Source: an uncultured virus (IMG/VR IMGVR_UViG_3300049783_000823) (lineage: Duplodnaviria; Heunggongvirae; Uroviricota; Caudoviricetes). From it: a stretch of DNA of 64,000 nucleotides. Below the pieces are notes generated by a model. The model was not told where the DNA came from, did no database searches, and was given only the letters and a program-made list of their open reading frames with translations. This document shows positions 30,601 through 40,040 of this stretch, one piece after another. Location: the IMG/VR virus record IMGVR_UViG_3300049783_000823; one strand, 5' to 3'. The number at the start of each line of letters is the position of its first letter. The stretch's first letter is position 1. A program made the translations under genes and the position numbers.

Positions 30601-32848
30601 AGCGTCAGCGGGTAAAGATTTAGGGGCTACAATAAAAGCAGCAAAGGTTGTCCTTGGGGTAGAGTTAGAATTTAACGACTTAACCAAACCTGCTAAGAAA
30701 GCCGCAGATATCATATCAGGTATTTCTGGTTTAATTGGAAACGATGATCTGCTCCTTCGGGTAACAGATCCTAATGACTTAGCTAATCTGATAACTATTG
30801 AAAGTAAAATCGCTTCATTGGAAGAGAAGTATGCTAATAAGGACGCCTTAGGTTTAAAGCCTGAGAAAATTAGAGAATATCTAAAAGAACTCGATCGCTT
30901 GAAGGAGAAAGCAGAAGATATAGGAGATAAACTAGCCACACCTGAAGAGACGTTTAAACGTATAAAGCAAGCCTTGCCGGACTTAACGGTGACATTCCGT
31001 GACTATTTAAGATTATCGGATACAGCTAAAGATAGATTAAAATCTGATACAAGTGAGATTCTGGATTCACAAGAAGTGTTCAAGGGTAAGACGTTTGCGA
31101 CAAGCGAAGAATTGATAAAATACTTGGATAATGTTGTCACTAAGACACGAGAAGCTCAAAGTGAATTAGATGGAAATTCTTCTTTCAAACGTGCCTTTAC
31201 TGTAGTTGAAGATGTCTTTGACGTCACTAAGGAACAGTTCGCTGGCTTCTCTAAGACATTCCAGGATAAGCTTGTTAAACGAGCAGGGGCTGTTTCAACC
31301 AAGGAAGGCGTATTAGACAGTACAACAGGCTCTAGTCGAAACCATACGGGTGCTTTATATGCGAGTATAGAGGAGCTTAAGAAGGCAGGTCAAGCCACCA
31401 TAGATGCAACTCTAGGGTTCGCTGATGGTATTGTGGCTTCTCTTGATAAGGTTGGTGTCACTGTTAGTAAGGAAGCAGCTGAACGCTTAACGCAGAGTAA
31501 TAAAGAGACCTTGCTGGATATGCGCGATAAGATGAAAGGCGCTCTTAAGACATTAGATAGTTCTGGTGTTAGTGAATCTGCACGAATAGCTGCGCGGCGT
31601 TTGTATGGCCAAACTAAAGAAGATCTAGAGGCTGCTTTGGCTCTCTTTACGCTCACGCGAGAAGAGACGCAGGTCTATAAGGCAGGTCAAGATTTTGCGC
31701 AGACAATGATCGGTAGCTTGAAGGATGGTCTGAAGAGTGTTCTGAAAGGCGATAAGTCTGTCGGTGATTACTTTGGCGATATAATGTCAACGTATGCTGA
31801 TAAGGTGCTTGACACATCTGTTGATGGAATCTTTTCAGCTTTAACCAAGAAGGGTGGAGTTTTAGACGGTCTATTTGAGAGCTTAGGTTCCCGCCAGTTT
31901 GAAACTTTCTCAAAGCTTTTCGGTGGTAGTGACGAGCCTTCGTATGCTACAGAGACCAATAGACTCTTGACTAGTATTGAACGAATTCTTGCAGCTTCTA
32001 CTGGCATAGCTAGCTCATCCCCTGTGCCCGGTATATTAGGTTCAGGTGGAGAGGATAGTTCAGGTGGAATTTTTGGTGGAGTTTTCGATACGGTAAGCGG
32101 ATATGCAAGTGATGGCTTTGACTATGTATCAGGCTTCTTTAACAATGAAAGCCCGAATAGTCCAAATATTTCTGATGTATTTGGAGAGAAATCACCCGTT
32201 GTAAATAAGTCAATAACCGACATGAGTAGTACGTTCGGCAGTGATTTTGATAAATTCGGAACGGTTATCGGTAAAGATTTCACTGGTGGTATGAGTTCCC
32301 TAGAAGGTGTGACAGATAGTGGTCTTAAAGACTTATCTCAGATATCATCTTCTGGTTTTGCAAGCATTGCGGGATCAATAGGCGCAATGGTTGGAGGTGC
32401 TATAGGCGGTACAGGTGGCGCAGTAGCCGGTGCTCTTATATCAGCACTACCTCTGTTACTATTAGCCGATGGCGGTTTCGTCAGAGGACCAGGTACAAGT
32501 ACTTCTGATTCAATTCCTGCAATGCTCTCGGATGAAGAATTTGTAATTAACGCAAATGCTACGAAAAAGAACCGTAGACTGTTAGAGTTTTTAAACAACG
32601 GCGGTTCATTTAAGGATGCAGCTAAGTTTGCAGAGGGTGGGATAGTGAGTAGCAAATCGCTACCTATGCCTACAAAGATAGATATTTCTAAGGATAGGCG
32701 AGAGAGTAAAGAAAAGACTGTTCAAGAATTCAATATCAATATAACAGGTGACGTCAGTCGACAAACCCGTTCTGAGATCCAGAAGATGATACCCCAGATT
32801 GCTAATGGTGTCAATGGATTTAATAATGAATTAGGGAACAGGAGATAA
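24623..32848 (+). CDS. tail tape measure protein
   Basis: 2741 aa; QLGQGLAAGQLRGQELNSVMEQTP N-terminal domain; ADGGFVRGPGTSTSDSIPAMLSDEEFV C-terminus. Confidence 0.92.
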   Translation: MSGVQVDVNANTTQANRELAKLNRSLGNIEATTSKTSKAMSSLAKSIVVAAGSFVATGYFKNVSDGFTNMSNRVRLVTGDTNDLIKAQNELIKISQRTRVTFESSTEVFNKFGRALKGTGVPVDKILKVTESIQQAVVISGASVESANSALLQLGQGLAAGQLRGQELNSVMEQTPRIAQAIAASLGVGIGDLRKLAEQGALTTTVVFDALQKRAGVIAGEFEGMNATIAQSFLVLSQSTKVFTGGFLKGLGSDNLAANFALSLAKSIDKASEDITIRTALFVSKFKAIVSDIRLIADPLARVFKQIGITILEALPAPKLVSTLARDMKKAIISYLGPIVTVFRSAQNSMVSFFESMDVFNIRPVLGALYDLADIDFSFSRETLTAYSKGLDKLASAIKFNREDSIFVSIAQGMVHAEQGARSLGRYLGVFEDTFLIFRAEQAVPFFRLFEEFGQIIPRIVREVKTLKFTMLELLGDFGPGLTKLLGVDEAIKGLFAVADLVNKSVAFLAAPFVSLLNEKASTTVEMMSSLEKLSGSFANNIGKSFAKLGDSGDIFGLTKAYKVIDAFMGKFSELTGLLESDSWWTDTIESVVSTSNALWGMVASGFRRFQNGVTGAFRHLFNAFRSLGEAVTSLYENIFEGDQLIGKFLIFGLIGAALLGTGTILAFGAAFLAVKVYLGYAGDATDKLVEGFESLGLAATSILGIFKPLLDTFKSVKEMSVEGLSDAADYIEDFSDDVISFFENIYDKVIGNSWWTDTIDNVIETSRSLANKTRAGLTDFTKKTIGYFKEIKEEAKSLTAYKISFDLVSDFKASDLFGDVLSFNTLGDTFGERMIVLMNTFKEEFPNVFKSALLALAGLAVTILFPAGKIKTAILTGLTGAFIATSTLIADAFGTVRLNSGLFAELSLRFGQVAAEFINSIVRNLPNIVSALIDTVGGLARGVLTNLIGVGGIFKALFDVADVAGVGNPLGIFFGYLFGKSILPILSATKYGKAAISAFLAVTNSALAARIIAGGGWIYKFIFGSSKGVLIGAIGLFASFTGILESLVSNSLIRFLLEDGFFVMLLFGNKGLAKVLGIFPFLKKSILDFSRTAFFALTNALPSGAGGLLYGMFYGAKGSNGSFLRGIRDLASKVGDLFSFGAIARGTSGSLLLNAIVGNFKDMLVITETFVTSLRLKLLDFGRFVALTFSRIATVSGAAFTFAGASAKIDSILGSFNKLETKVLAFASRIFGVIGAGGFIGRFLFGKVGIGIAIAALGLLFSSSSEAAGQSVKQLEDMEERVNSADLSVTSFTENLKNLGVSETLTDNMGLLATVTIPLMILGIQKFAKASLLAAKNVYKARTANSRVRKDGRDNAKKAAGGLAAATTFASTGDIFTAAATFAAAEYAFGLLFDRIGKAAQAKLALWGTRLVAGVIAFFSSVPVLIGLAITAVVVGGIGLFDLVFGDEKSWFESMRKRIDSIKEFFGVVEKKKTPGERRFGSIIEDNANDVQEDGSGIKLDFSNRLQQINTSLLSERQIDLLSKSFEHYNDMLGRVIEEQEDFGKTTDKTAENVREFGRQMDKQLSRAALETGRNVAEMRKDINSLNEFPEEDVGFFRGIANSIGQAANDVEFNTTKFLIGLAGDAKSKKNLAELIALRKDYFNVQRAKPTENVLNMQSALDEAGELNVFGSFDKLDQDAVIQFKALERKLIVASEEVFGDKDLHDSLRSGIYATDILNAPEKLRWLARFRSDYAASLNELIEEKKSIDSVLENDAIFAGLQDALKGTDIQIDKNLFQSFLPHARRELLEISEEIDKAVDDYENAGIYERMFGGEKAKLDTLTIKFNAISAINGKDVSLDTFNAAVDFADQLDLDIDKSIFLNVNSNELSVAKDKLQELVLFSENLKAENSGTLSKSKTVLFLNDLGIPYGNIPKAALDGDRKALLKILDDQKEKIKKYLLGRPSVEGSEALRAMSGFDFSSATLGNVLERDISKLQGVITRGIEARNNFTKASAGKDLGATIKAAKVVLGVELEFNDLTKPAKKAADIISGISGLIGNDDLLLRVTDPNDLANLITIESKIASLEEKYANKDALGLKPEKIREYLKELDRLKEKAEDIGDKLATPEETFKRIKQALPDLTVTFRDYLRLSDTAKDRLKSDTSEILDSQEVFKGKTFATSEELIKYLDNVVTKTREAQSELDGNSSFKRAFTVVEDVFDVTKEQFAGFSKTFQDKLVKRAGAVSTKEGVLDSTTGSSRNHTGALYASIEELKKAGQATIDATLGFADGIVASLDKVGVTVSKEAAERLTQSNKETLLDMRDKMKGALKTLDSSGVSESARIAARRLYGQTKEDLEAALALFTLTREETQVYKAGQDFAQTMIGSLKDGLKSVLKGDKSVGDYFGDIMSTYADKVLDTSVDGIFSALTKKGGVLDGLFESLGSRQFETFSKLFGGSDEPSYATETNRLLTSIERILAASTGIASSSPVPGILGSGGEDSSGGIFGGVFDTVSGYASDGFDYVSGFFNNESPNSPNISDVFGEKSPVVNKSITDMSSTFGSDFDKFGTVIGKDFTGGMSSLEGVTDSGLKDLSQISSSGFASIAGSIGAMVGGAIGGTGGAVAGALISALPLLLLADGGFVRGPGTSTSDSIPAMLSDEEFVINANATKKNRRLLEFLNNGGSFKDAAKFAEGGIVSSKSLPMPTKIDISKDRRESKEKTVQEFNINITGDVSRQTRSEIQKMIPQIANGVNGFNNELGNRR

Positions 32849-32854
32849 ATTAAT

Positions 32855-32878
32855 GTGGCCACCTTAACGGGTGGTCAC
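32855..32878 (+). terminator. hairpin with TAAC loop after TMP
   Basis: GTGGCCACCT TAAC GGGTGGTCAC; weak U-tract. Confidence 0.45.
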
Positions 32879-32895
32879 TTGACTTGAGGATTAAC

Positions 32896-33516
32896 ATGTA
32901 CGGTATTTTAAGATCATCAACGAACACAGGTGATGATGATGAGCTTGTTTCTAAGTTTGTTGCACCACTGTCAATAAATAGCAATCAGCCGTCTTTTGTA
33001 GCTGATACGCTCTCCTTGAAACGGAGAACAGGAAACCAATTCGCACAGCGTTGGGAACTTACGACTAAACTGGAAACTATAGCAGGGACTCCTGACATTT
33101 TAACACACCTAATTTCTTCGGGCTTCAATGAAGAGATATTTGTGCGTTTCCCTCAAATACACGGACTGAATCTGCTACCCAGTAACTTGAACATAACACT
33201 GACTGATAGTGTGGTTGCCCCGCAATCTACTATTAATGTGTCTGGTCTGCTTGGGGAACAGATGCGGCCAGGGGAGTTCTTCAATATAGCAGGCGACCTT
33301 AAGGTCTATTTAGTAACGGAAGCTGGTACGGACGGTACTAATGTAGGTGTACAACCTCCTATCAGAAAGGACATAGCAGCAGGGGCAGCGCTATCGCTTG
33401 GGGACAAGGTTACAATGGTAGGGAAGTATGATAACAATACAACGCTGGGTATCACATACTCAGACGGTGTGCTAGGCGATGCTGGCACTGTGAACATAGT
33501 TGAGGCGTTGGAATGA
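32896..33516 (+). CDS. distal tail-like protein
   Basis: Follows TMP; AQRWEL motif; GAGG RBS before ATG 32896. Confidence 0.6.
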   Translation: MYGILRSSTNTGDDDELVSKFVAPLSINSNQPSFVADTLSLKRRTGNQFAQRWELTTKLETIAGTPDILTHLISSGFNEEIFVRFPQIHGLNLLPSNLNITLTDSVVAPQSTINVSGLLGEQMRPGEFFNIAGDLKVYLVTEAGTDGTNVGVQPPIRKDIAAGAALSLGDKVTMVGKYDNNTTLGITYSDGVLGDAGTVNIVEALE

Positions 33517-34118
33517 GAACTTATAGCAACTCTGTGGCAACTATACTACAGTTAGATAATATTGCCTCATTCTATCTGGTAGAAGTGCTTAACAATGTGA
33601 TTGACATTAAGCACACCAATGCGCCGTTTGATATTACAATACCAGGTATTGGTGTATTCTCAGCTGACAATGAGTTGAACAGCATTGACGCGCCAAGGTT
33701 GTCAGGCGTGGTAGATCGCGAAGTATATAAAATCATCTATAATGATACCCAATTCTTTTGGAGAGGTATTTTCGAGCAAGGTATCTATGGGGCTCATGTG
33801 GCAGTTCACATTGGTTTTTATAATACAACAGGTGCAAACTTAAATGGAGTTTTGCCAGGAAAGCCTTTGACAGATTCTAATGACCTGGTTACCGCATATC
33901 GAGGCTTTGTCGATACACAGGGGCATAGTACTGATGTAGATGGTGATGTCACAGCTACAATAGAATGTTCTTCCCCTATGGCAGATTTGGATTTGAAGAA
34001 AACAAAGTTTACATCAAAAACAGCAGCCCGTGCAGCGAATGCTGGTGATACTTCATATGATCAAGTGTATGCAGGCTCACTAAGCGTGGATCTAGCATGG
34101 GGTAAAATAAGAGGATAG
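33513..34118 (+). CDS. baseplate hub/minor tail protein
   Basis: YRGFVD...IECSSPMADL...LAWGK. Confidence 0.65.
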   Translation: MRTYSNSVATILQLDNIASFYLVEVLNNVIDIKHTNAPFDITIPGIGVFSADNELNSIDAPRLSGVVDREVYKIIYNDTQFFWRGIFEQGIYGAHVAVHIGFYNTTGANLNGVLPGKPLTDSNDLVTAYRGFVDTQGHSTDVDGDVTATIECSSPMADLDLKKTKFTSKTAARAANAGDTSYDQVYAGSLSVDLAWGKIRG

Positions 34119-34122
34119 AGAC

Positions 34123-37100
34123 ATGGGATTAGAATTAGCTTTATTCGCCCTTAGCTTTGCATTTCAAATGGTGCAAATGCGACAGGCTAGAAAAAGACAA
34201 AAGAAAGCAGAGGCAGAGGCTGCAGAAAGAGCCGACCGCGCTAAAGGTTTCATAGTAACAGTAGAAGGTGAAGCATCACAGCTACCTGTATGTTATGGAA
34301 GGAATCTGATAGGTGGTGTTAGGGTGTATCATCATATTCGCGACACATACAGCCATGCAGAGCCAGCCCCTGGTGGTTCAGCATATGTGAACGGCGGGCT
34401 TAATGAAAGTAAGGGAGGCCGTAAGAATGAATACATGTATATCCAACAGGCTGTAGCTTACGGTGGATTGAGCTCTATCATTGATGTCCAAGTAGATGGA
34501 AAGAGATACAACGACAGTTACTTTAGCAGGAAGGGCGCAGATGACCCTGAGTACTCTGAGGATGGCGTTGGCGCATTACGTATCCATGTATACCCTGAGG
34601 GCGGTTTGGCAGACCCTATGGCTGCCGCGAATGACGAATATACAGGGAACGATACAGACGGTACATCAAATAGGGACGCCGCAGATTTTCCTAATACTGC
34701 ATATGTATCAGGGGTCTTTCGTTTAAATCGAGATGATTACCAGTTTTCAGGTGCGCCTGATGTGAAATTATTTGCCGAAGGAAAAGAAGTATACACTATC
34801 ACAGGAACAGAAGGTAACAGATCGCTTTCTTCTTCTAAAACATACTCTAACAACCCAGCTCTATGTCTTCTTGATTACCTTTTAGACACTGACTTTGGGA
34901 GGGGCCTTCCGGTCACTTTTGTTGACTTAGAATCATTTTACCAAGCTTATTGGATATGCGATAAGACAGTAATCCCGAGTGTCCCTAAGGAAGGAGTCTT
35001 CTGGAAACAGAAAGGCGGAACACGTGAGATTAAGCTTTATGAATGTAATATCTCTTTAGACACAAATAACTCTATAAGAGATAACATAGAGGTTCTACTT
35101 GACACTATGGGGCAGGCTGAACTCTCATGGTCAGATGGTTTGTACAAATTAAGCTTGAAGTATCCTACTGTGTGGAGTGGGGCTCTTACTTATGCTCAAG
35201 AAGATGTAGTGGAATACGACTCAGGTGGCGGTAATTTCGATCTGTACAGATCGTTGATAGCAGGTAATACATCAAACCCTACCATAGCAAACTGGGCTAC
35301 AGATGTTGTTTCTGCATATATCACAGATGATGACATAATTCGTGGTGGTGAAGTGTCTGTTGGTTGGCCTAGCGCACAAGACAGGTATAATCATGTAACA
35401 GTTAGATTCCTCAATGAAGCGGTTGATTTTAGAGAAGATGCCGTAAGTTGGCCACCCAAAGACGGTACGATAGCAGGTGAAGCTAAAGAGAGAGGTATAT
35501 GGTCTTCAGGGACAGCCTACACTAAGAGTGACATTGTAACTTACAGTTCTGTTAAATATCAGAAAACAAATGGTATTGATATAGTTGATGGTACTGCTCC
35601 TAACGTTTCCTCTGATTGGATACTTTATAACATAAGCAGTGTCTACAACACCTATATACAAGAAGATTATGGCGTTCCATTAGAAACTGAATTCTTTGAA
35701 AGCGGTACGACTGATTATTACCATGCACTAAACAAAGCAGAAGAGCGTTGCCGAGCATCAAGAAATAATGTATTATACAAACTGCGAGTTGGCGCTCATT
35801 TGACGCGACTTGAGCCTGGTGATATAGTTAAAGTGAATAGTACAACGCTAGGGATTCCTGGTGTTATTATGCGGATTGAATCATTAGAAGTTAGTGAAGA
35901 AGGTCATGTTGATCTTCAATGCGTCAATTTCAGCGCTGCTGTACTTGCATGGAATGCTCCTGATGATGAGGTTGTAAATACACCTTCAGTTTTCAATGCT
36001 GAGCTAGCGCAGGCTTCTGGTTTGTCGTTTAGTCCTAATGATCCAAATCAATCGCTAACAGGTGGCTCACTAACATGGGTAGCAGCTGATGATGTACGTG
36101 TTAATAGATACAGGGTTAAGTACACAACCACACCAGTCGCATCTATAACAAATGCAACAACTTGGATTGATATTGGTGAGACAGCTTCAACCAACTTTAG
36201 CATCCCTCCTATTATAGCAGGTCCTTACGTGCTAACAGTTGTGGCTTCTTCCAACAGTGGTGACCTAGCGCCTAAAGAAAACAACGCAACAGGTAGTAAG
36301 TGGCCAGAATTATCCGTTAATATTAATGGAATAACACTAGGTGTCAGGTTGACAACAGCCACTATCTACAGACGTAACCCGACTCAACCAACTGCACCTT
36401 CTGGCGGGACTTTCGATTTTGATGCCTTAGGTATGTCCGTACTCCCAACCGACTGGTTCGGTGCGCCTCCTGCTGGCTCTGATACACTCTGGGCTTCCAG
36501 TGCGATTGCCGAGTCACCCGATGGTACAGGCACAGATGCCACGCTTACATGGGCTGAGCCTCTTGTATATATTAATACAAGTTATATTGCAAGCTTGTCG
36601 AATCCAGACGTAGGTGTACTTCAGGATGATTATCAGGTAAACTATGATTATGCTGCAGCTAAAGGCGTATTCAATGTATATGCTGATACCAATGAGTTCA
36701 CAGAGAGTGCTGAGACTACTTTCACAGTGGAGTCTCAAACGGGTTGTACTGTAACGATAAATAATGTGACAGGTGCAGGCAAGGGTGAATATTCTGTAAC
36801 TGACTTAGTTGCTGATACTGGTAGTGCTGTTCTTCGTGTAGTGTTTAGAGGATTTACATTTGACCGTGTATTGTCTGTTACGGCTCTGAAGATTGGTGTC
36901 ATTCGTGATCTAACACCTCCACCTGCACCTACAAACATTACAGTAACTACTGCACTAAACTCTGCATTCATCTCGCAAGATATCTCTCCCGCTTATACGG
37001 AAGGGCATGGACATGCTAGGACTGAAATATGGGGTGTAACAGGTGCTTCTCCATTGTTCTCTAATGCTTCTCTGATGGCAACATTTGAAGGTAACAAGGC

Positions 37101-38262
37101 AACAATAGCATCAACATTCGGTACACAATTGACTGTATGGTTAAAGTGGATATCTAATGATGGTGTTACTGGTCCTGAAAGTGCAGTAGGTATTGATGCA
37201 ACTACTGGCAAAATAGGTAATGCTGACTTGGGTGACCTTATCGTCGAAGCAGGTAACTTGGCTAATGATAGCGTGACAGGTGATCATTTAGCACCCAACT
37301 CTATCGCGGTAGGGACACTGGCTGTTCAAGATGGCGCTATTATAAACGCAATGATCGGCAATCTTGCAGTCGACTCTGCACAGATAGCTGTTGGTGCAAT
37401 CGACACCATACATATTGGTGATGCACAAATTACTAACACTAAGATTGGTAATATAATTCAGAGTGCTGGTTTTGTTTCAGGTCTAACTGGATGGCAGATA
37501 AATAAAGCAGGTTCTGCTGAGTTTGCTGATATGACCATAACAGATGGTTCAGGTAATATCATATTATCGTCTGGTACAGGTGTTGAGTGGACTATGGTTA
37601 ATGGTTCGCCTACTACGCTGCTAGAATTAAGCACAACAGACGGCAATAAGCTTGCAGGAATTGATGCAGGCGCTGATGTCACTGCAGCTAATGTAGCATC
37701 GGCTATAGCAGGTCAGGGTGCTTTCGCTACTCTGTCCCAAATAACAAGCGCTAATATCAGCACTTATATGGCAGGCGCAGCTATCGGTTTCGCTCAGATT
37801 GGAACTGCTGCAATTAAGACTGCAGCCATTGAAGATCTAGCTGTCAATACTTTAAAGATTGCAGGCAGGGCTGTAACAAATCCTCTTTCTTACTGGAACC
37901 CGGCGAAGTGGTACCTCGGCTTATCTAATAATGCTTGGCGAGAGACATCTAGACTGTCTATAGTTTCCACAGGAGAGCCAATACAAGTTCTTATTCAATT
38001 TTATATGGAATACAGCTATAATAGAGATTACGATTCAAGCGGTAATGGCGCATATTTTAGGGTACAGCGAAATGGTACAACTCTGCAGTCCGGGGGTCCC
38101 TTCGGTGATTCAAGTGATACTAGCAGATGGGTATCAGTTCAATTAGTAGACACTCCTGGCGTTGGTACTTTTAATTACAATATAGATATTAAAGAACAAA
38201 CATACTATAACAATTGTAATGTATCCTATAGGTCAATAATACTCTTAGAGGTTAAACGATGA
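34123..38262 (+). CDS. tail tip/central fibre (gpJ-like) with FN3-like and CBM-like inserts
   Basis: LPVCYGR, SNNPALCLLDYL, RLEPGDIV, KIGNIIQS...GWQINKAGSAEF. Confidence 0.85.
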   Translation: MGLELALFALSFAFQMVQMRQARKRQKKAEAEAAERADRAKGFIVTVEGEASQLPVCYGRNLIGGVRVYHHIRDTYSHAEPAPGGSAYVNGGLNESKGGRKNEYMYIQQAVAYGGLSSIIDVQVDGKRYNDSYFSRKGADDPEYSEDGVGALRIHVYPEGGLADPMAAANDEYTGNDTDGTSNRDAADFPNTAYVSGVFRLNRDDYQFSGAPDVKLFAEGKEVYTITGTEGNRSLSSSKTYSNNPALCLLDYLLDTDFGRGLPVTFVDLESFYQAYWICDKTVIPSVPKEGVFWKQKGGTREIKLYECNISLDTNNSIRDNIEVLLDTMGQAELSWSDGLYKLSLKYPTVWSGALTYAQEDVVEYDSGGGNFDLYRSLIAGNTSNPTIANWATDVVSAYITDDDIIRGGEVSVGWPSAQDRYNHVTVRFLNEAVDFREDAVSWPPKDGTIAGEAKERGIWSSGTAYTKSDIVTYSSVKYQKTNGIDIVDGTAPNVSSDWILYNISSVYNTYIQEDYGVPLETEFFESGTTDYYHALNKAEERCRASRNNVLYKLRVGAHLTRLEPGDIVKVNSTTLGIPGVIMRIESLEVSEEGHVDLQCVNFSAAVLAWNAPDDEVVNTPSVFNAELAQASGLSFSPNDPNQSLTGGSLTWVAADDVRVNRYRVKYTTTPVASITNATTWIDIGETASTNFSIPPIIAGPYVLTVVASSNSGDLAPKENNATGSKWPELSVNINGITLGVRLTTATIYRRNPTQPTAPSGGTFDFDALGMSVLPTDWFGAPPAGSDTLWASSAIAESPDGTGTDATLTWAEPLVYINTSYIASLSNPDVGVLQDDYQVNYDYAAAKGVFNVYADTNEFTESAETTFTVESQTGCTVTINNVTGAGKGEYSVTDLVADTGSAVLRVVFRGFTFDRVLSVTALKIGVIRDLTPPPAPTNITVTTALNSAFISQDISPAYTEGHGHARTEIWGVTGASPLFSNASLMATFEGNKATIASTFGTQLTVWLKWISNDGVTGPESAVGIDATTGKIGNADLGDLIVEAGNLANDSVTGDHLAPNSIAVGTLAVQDGAIINAMIGNLAVDSAQIAVGAIDTIHIGDAQITNTKIGNIIQSAGFVSGLTGWQINKAGSAEFADMTITDGSGNIILSSGTGVEWTMVNGSPTTLLELSTTDGNKLAGIDAGADVTAANVASAIAGQGAFATLSQITSANISTYMAGAAIGFAQIGTAAIKTAAIEDLAVNTLKIAGRAVTNPLSYWNPAKWYLGLSNNAWRETSRLSIVSTGEPIQVLIQFYMEYSYNRDYDSSGNGAYFRVQRNGTTLQSGGPFGDSSDTSRWVSVQLVDTPGVGTFNYNIDIKEQTYYNNCNVSYRSIILLEVKR

Positions 38263-38648
38263 AAAATTATAATATATATAATATCTCAACCGGAGAAATT
38301 TTGAGCACGATATCATGTGATTCTTCACAAATAGAAGCACAACTCAAGACTGGCTTAGCCTATCTCGAAGGTGATAAAGATAATGCTCTCTATTATGTAG
38401 TAGATGGTATTTATACCCCTAAAGGGCTATCGAATATCTCAGTTAACAAGTTCTCTATTATGGCAAACGGCCTTGATTACTGTGAGATAACAGGAATAAA
38501 AATAGGGAGCGTTGTCCGTGTTGGCAGCTTCTCTGGGATATGTGAAGATGGTTTATTTAGTTTCAGCTCCGATGCGATCGGTTCTTACGTCATCTCTATC
38601 TCGCATCCGTCTATGTTACTGAAGGAGGTTTCTATAAATGCGTTTTGA
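38259..38648 (+). CDS. tail fibre-associated hypothetical protein
   Basis: YNISTGEI start; coupled to tail tip gene. Confidence 0.55.
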   Translation: MKNYNIYNISTGEILSTISCDSSQIEAQLKTGLAYLEGDKDNALYYVVDGIYTPKGLSNISVNKFSIMANGLDYCEITGIKIGSVVRVGSFSGICEDGLFSFSSDAIGSYVISISHPSMLLKEVSINAF

Positions 38649-39051
38649 TTACAGAAAGTCAAACAACTTAGCTACTACAGTAGCGAATGCAATTCTTAAT
38701 ATCGATACAGAAGCAGGGAAAGCTCGCCTTAGATATATAACAGACGTCCCTGGTCAACAGGCTATTTATACTGAAAAGTTGGTACAAGCTAAAGACTATC
38801 TAGCAAATACACCAGCGGATACCTCTGCTCATAAATATATTGGAGGTGAGGCTTCAGCCAGATCTATCAATGCCACACAAGCTGCAACCGAGATTGTAGC
38901 GATAGCTAGCGCATGGGAAGACTTATCTGTAGCCATTGAATCCAAGCGAATCGAAGCTAAGGCAGCAATAAATGCTTTACCTGAGACAGCTACGGTTCAG
39001 GACGTGATAGATATATCATACCCTGCTATACAGATATTAAAAAGTATATAA
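38638..39051 (+). CDS. tail fibre assembly-like protein
   Basis: IDTEAGKARLRYIT...QQAIYTEK...IESKRIEAK. Confidence 0.6.
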   Translation: MRFDYRKSNNLATTVANAILNIDTEAGKARLRYITDVPGQQAIYTEKLVQAKDYLANTPADTSAHKYIGGEASARSINATQAATEIVAIASAWEDLSVAIESKRIEAKAAINALPETATVQDVIDISYPAIQILKSI

Positions 39052-39052
39052 A

Positions 39053-39523
39053 ATGAAAATCACAAAAATAACTTCAGAGGAAGACATTCAGGAGTGTGTG
39101 GACATGTGGATCGATGCCAATCTATTACATCATCATATTCCATTATCTAGAGAAGCTTCGGCGACTAACCTGCTTAGGCATATAATCGCCAAGGATTTCT
39201 TTAGGGTGATGAAGAAAGATGGTAAAGTTGTGGCATGGATGCTTGCAACCCACCGTGTTCCTGAATACTCTAAATCAAGAGTTACCGATCAGTTGTATTA
39301 TACAACTGCCCTTAAGGGTATTGAGGCTTATAAAACCATGGTAGCTTTCCATGAGCTTCTTATTGAATACGCTGAGTCAAATGGCTCTGAGTATGTGATA
39401 TCTTGTTGCAGTCACTTTGATGAAGATAGAAAATTCGTCAAGGTGCTTGGCAAACAAGGGTGGCGTGTAGATGGATACATGGCATTATGGGAAACATCGA
39501 ATTGTAAATTAAAAAGAGGATAA
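39053..39523 (+). CDS. GNAT-fold protein of tail module
   Basis: DGKVVAWM...ELLIEYAESNG...LGKQGW pattern. Confidence 0.55.
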   Translation: MKITKITSEEDIQECVDMWIDANLLHHHIPLSREASATNLLRHIIAKDFFRVMKKDGKVVAWMLATHRVPEYSKSRVTDQLYYTTALKGIEAYKTMVAFHELLIEYAESNGSEYVISCCSHFDEDRKFVKVLGKQGWRVDGYMALWETSNCKLKRG

Positions 39524-39524
39524 T

Positions 39525-40040
39525 ATGATACAAGCACTATTAGCGCCCGTTCTTACAACCTTAGCATCAAGCGGCTTAACGTTATTAGCCGAAGTGATAA
39601 AGGTTAAAGGAAAACAAGTGGTTGAAGACAAGTTAGGAATGAAAATCCCTGATGAGGTTGAACAACTCACGCCTGAAATTATCTATGGGCTTAAGATAGC
39701 CGAAATGGAACATGAAGAAGCTTTACAAGAGCTCTTGTTAAAAGAATATGAGCTTGATATTGCGCTTGAATCAACGTCTTCTGTTGCCGTTACCGAGCGT
39801 TGGAAGTATGATATGACTTCAGACTCTTGGCTGTCCAAGAATGTACGGCCTTTCGTTCTTCTGGCTTTGCTCTCATTTCTATTTATATTTGCAATACTTT
39901 CAGCCTTCGGTGTAGCACCTGACCCTATTTATGTAGAGCTTCTTAAGGTATGGGGAGGGTTGGCCCTTTCTGCTTACTTCATATGTCGGACTCACGAAAA
40001 AGTCAAAAAGACAAAAGGAGAAAACAATGAGACTAAGTGA
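39525..40040 (+). CDS. holin-like protein (copy 2)
   Basis: RWKYDMTSDSWLSKNVRP followed by two TM helices and AYF..RTHEK. Confidence 0.75.
   Translation: MIQALLAPVLTTLASSGLTLLAEVIKVKGKQVVEDKLGMKIPDEVEQLTPEIIYGLKIAEMEHEEALQELLLKEYELDIALESTSSVAVTERWKYDMTSDSWLSKNVRPFVLLALLSFLFIFAILSAFGVAPDPIYVELLKVWGGLALSAYFICRTHEKVKKTKGENNETK

Noticed and set aside
25105..32655. Many minus-strand ORFs antisense to the tape measure and other long genes
   Set aside because: Shadow frames from codon bias; no RBS or motifs.
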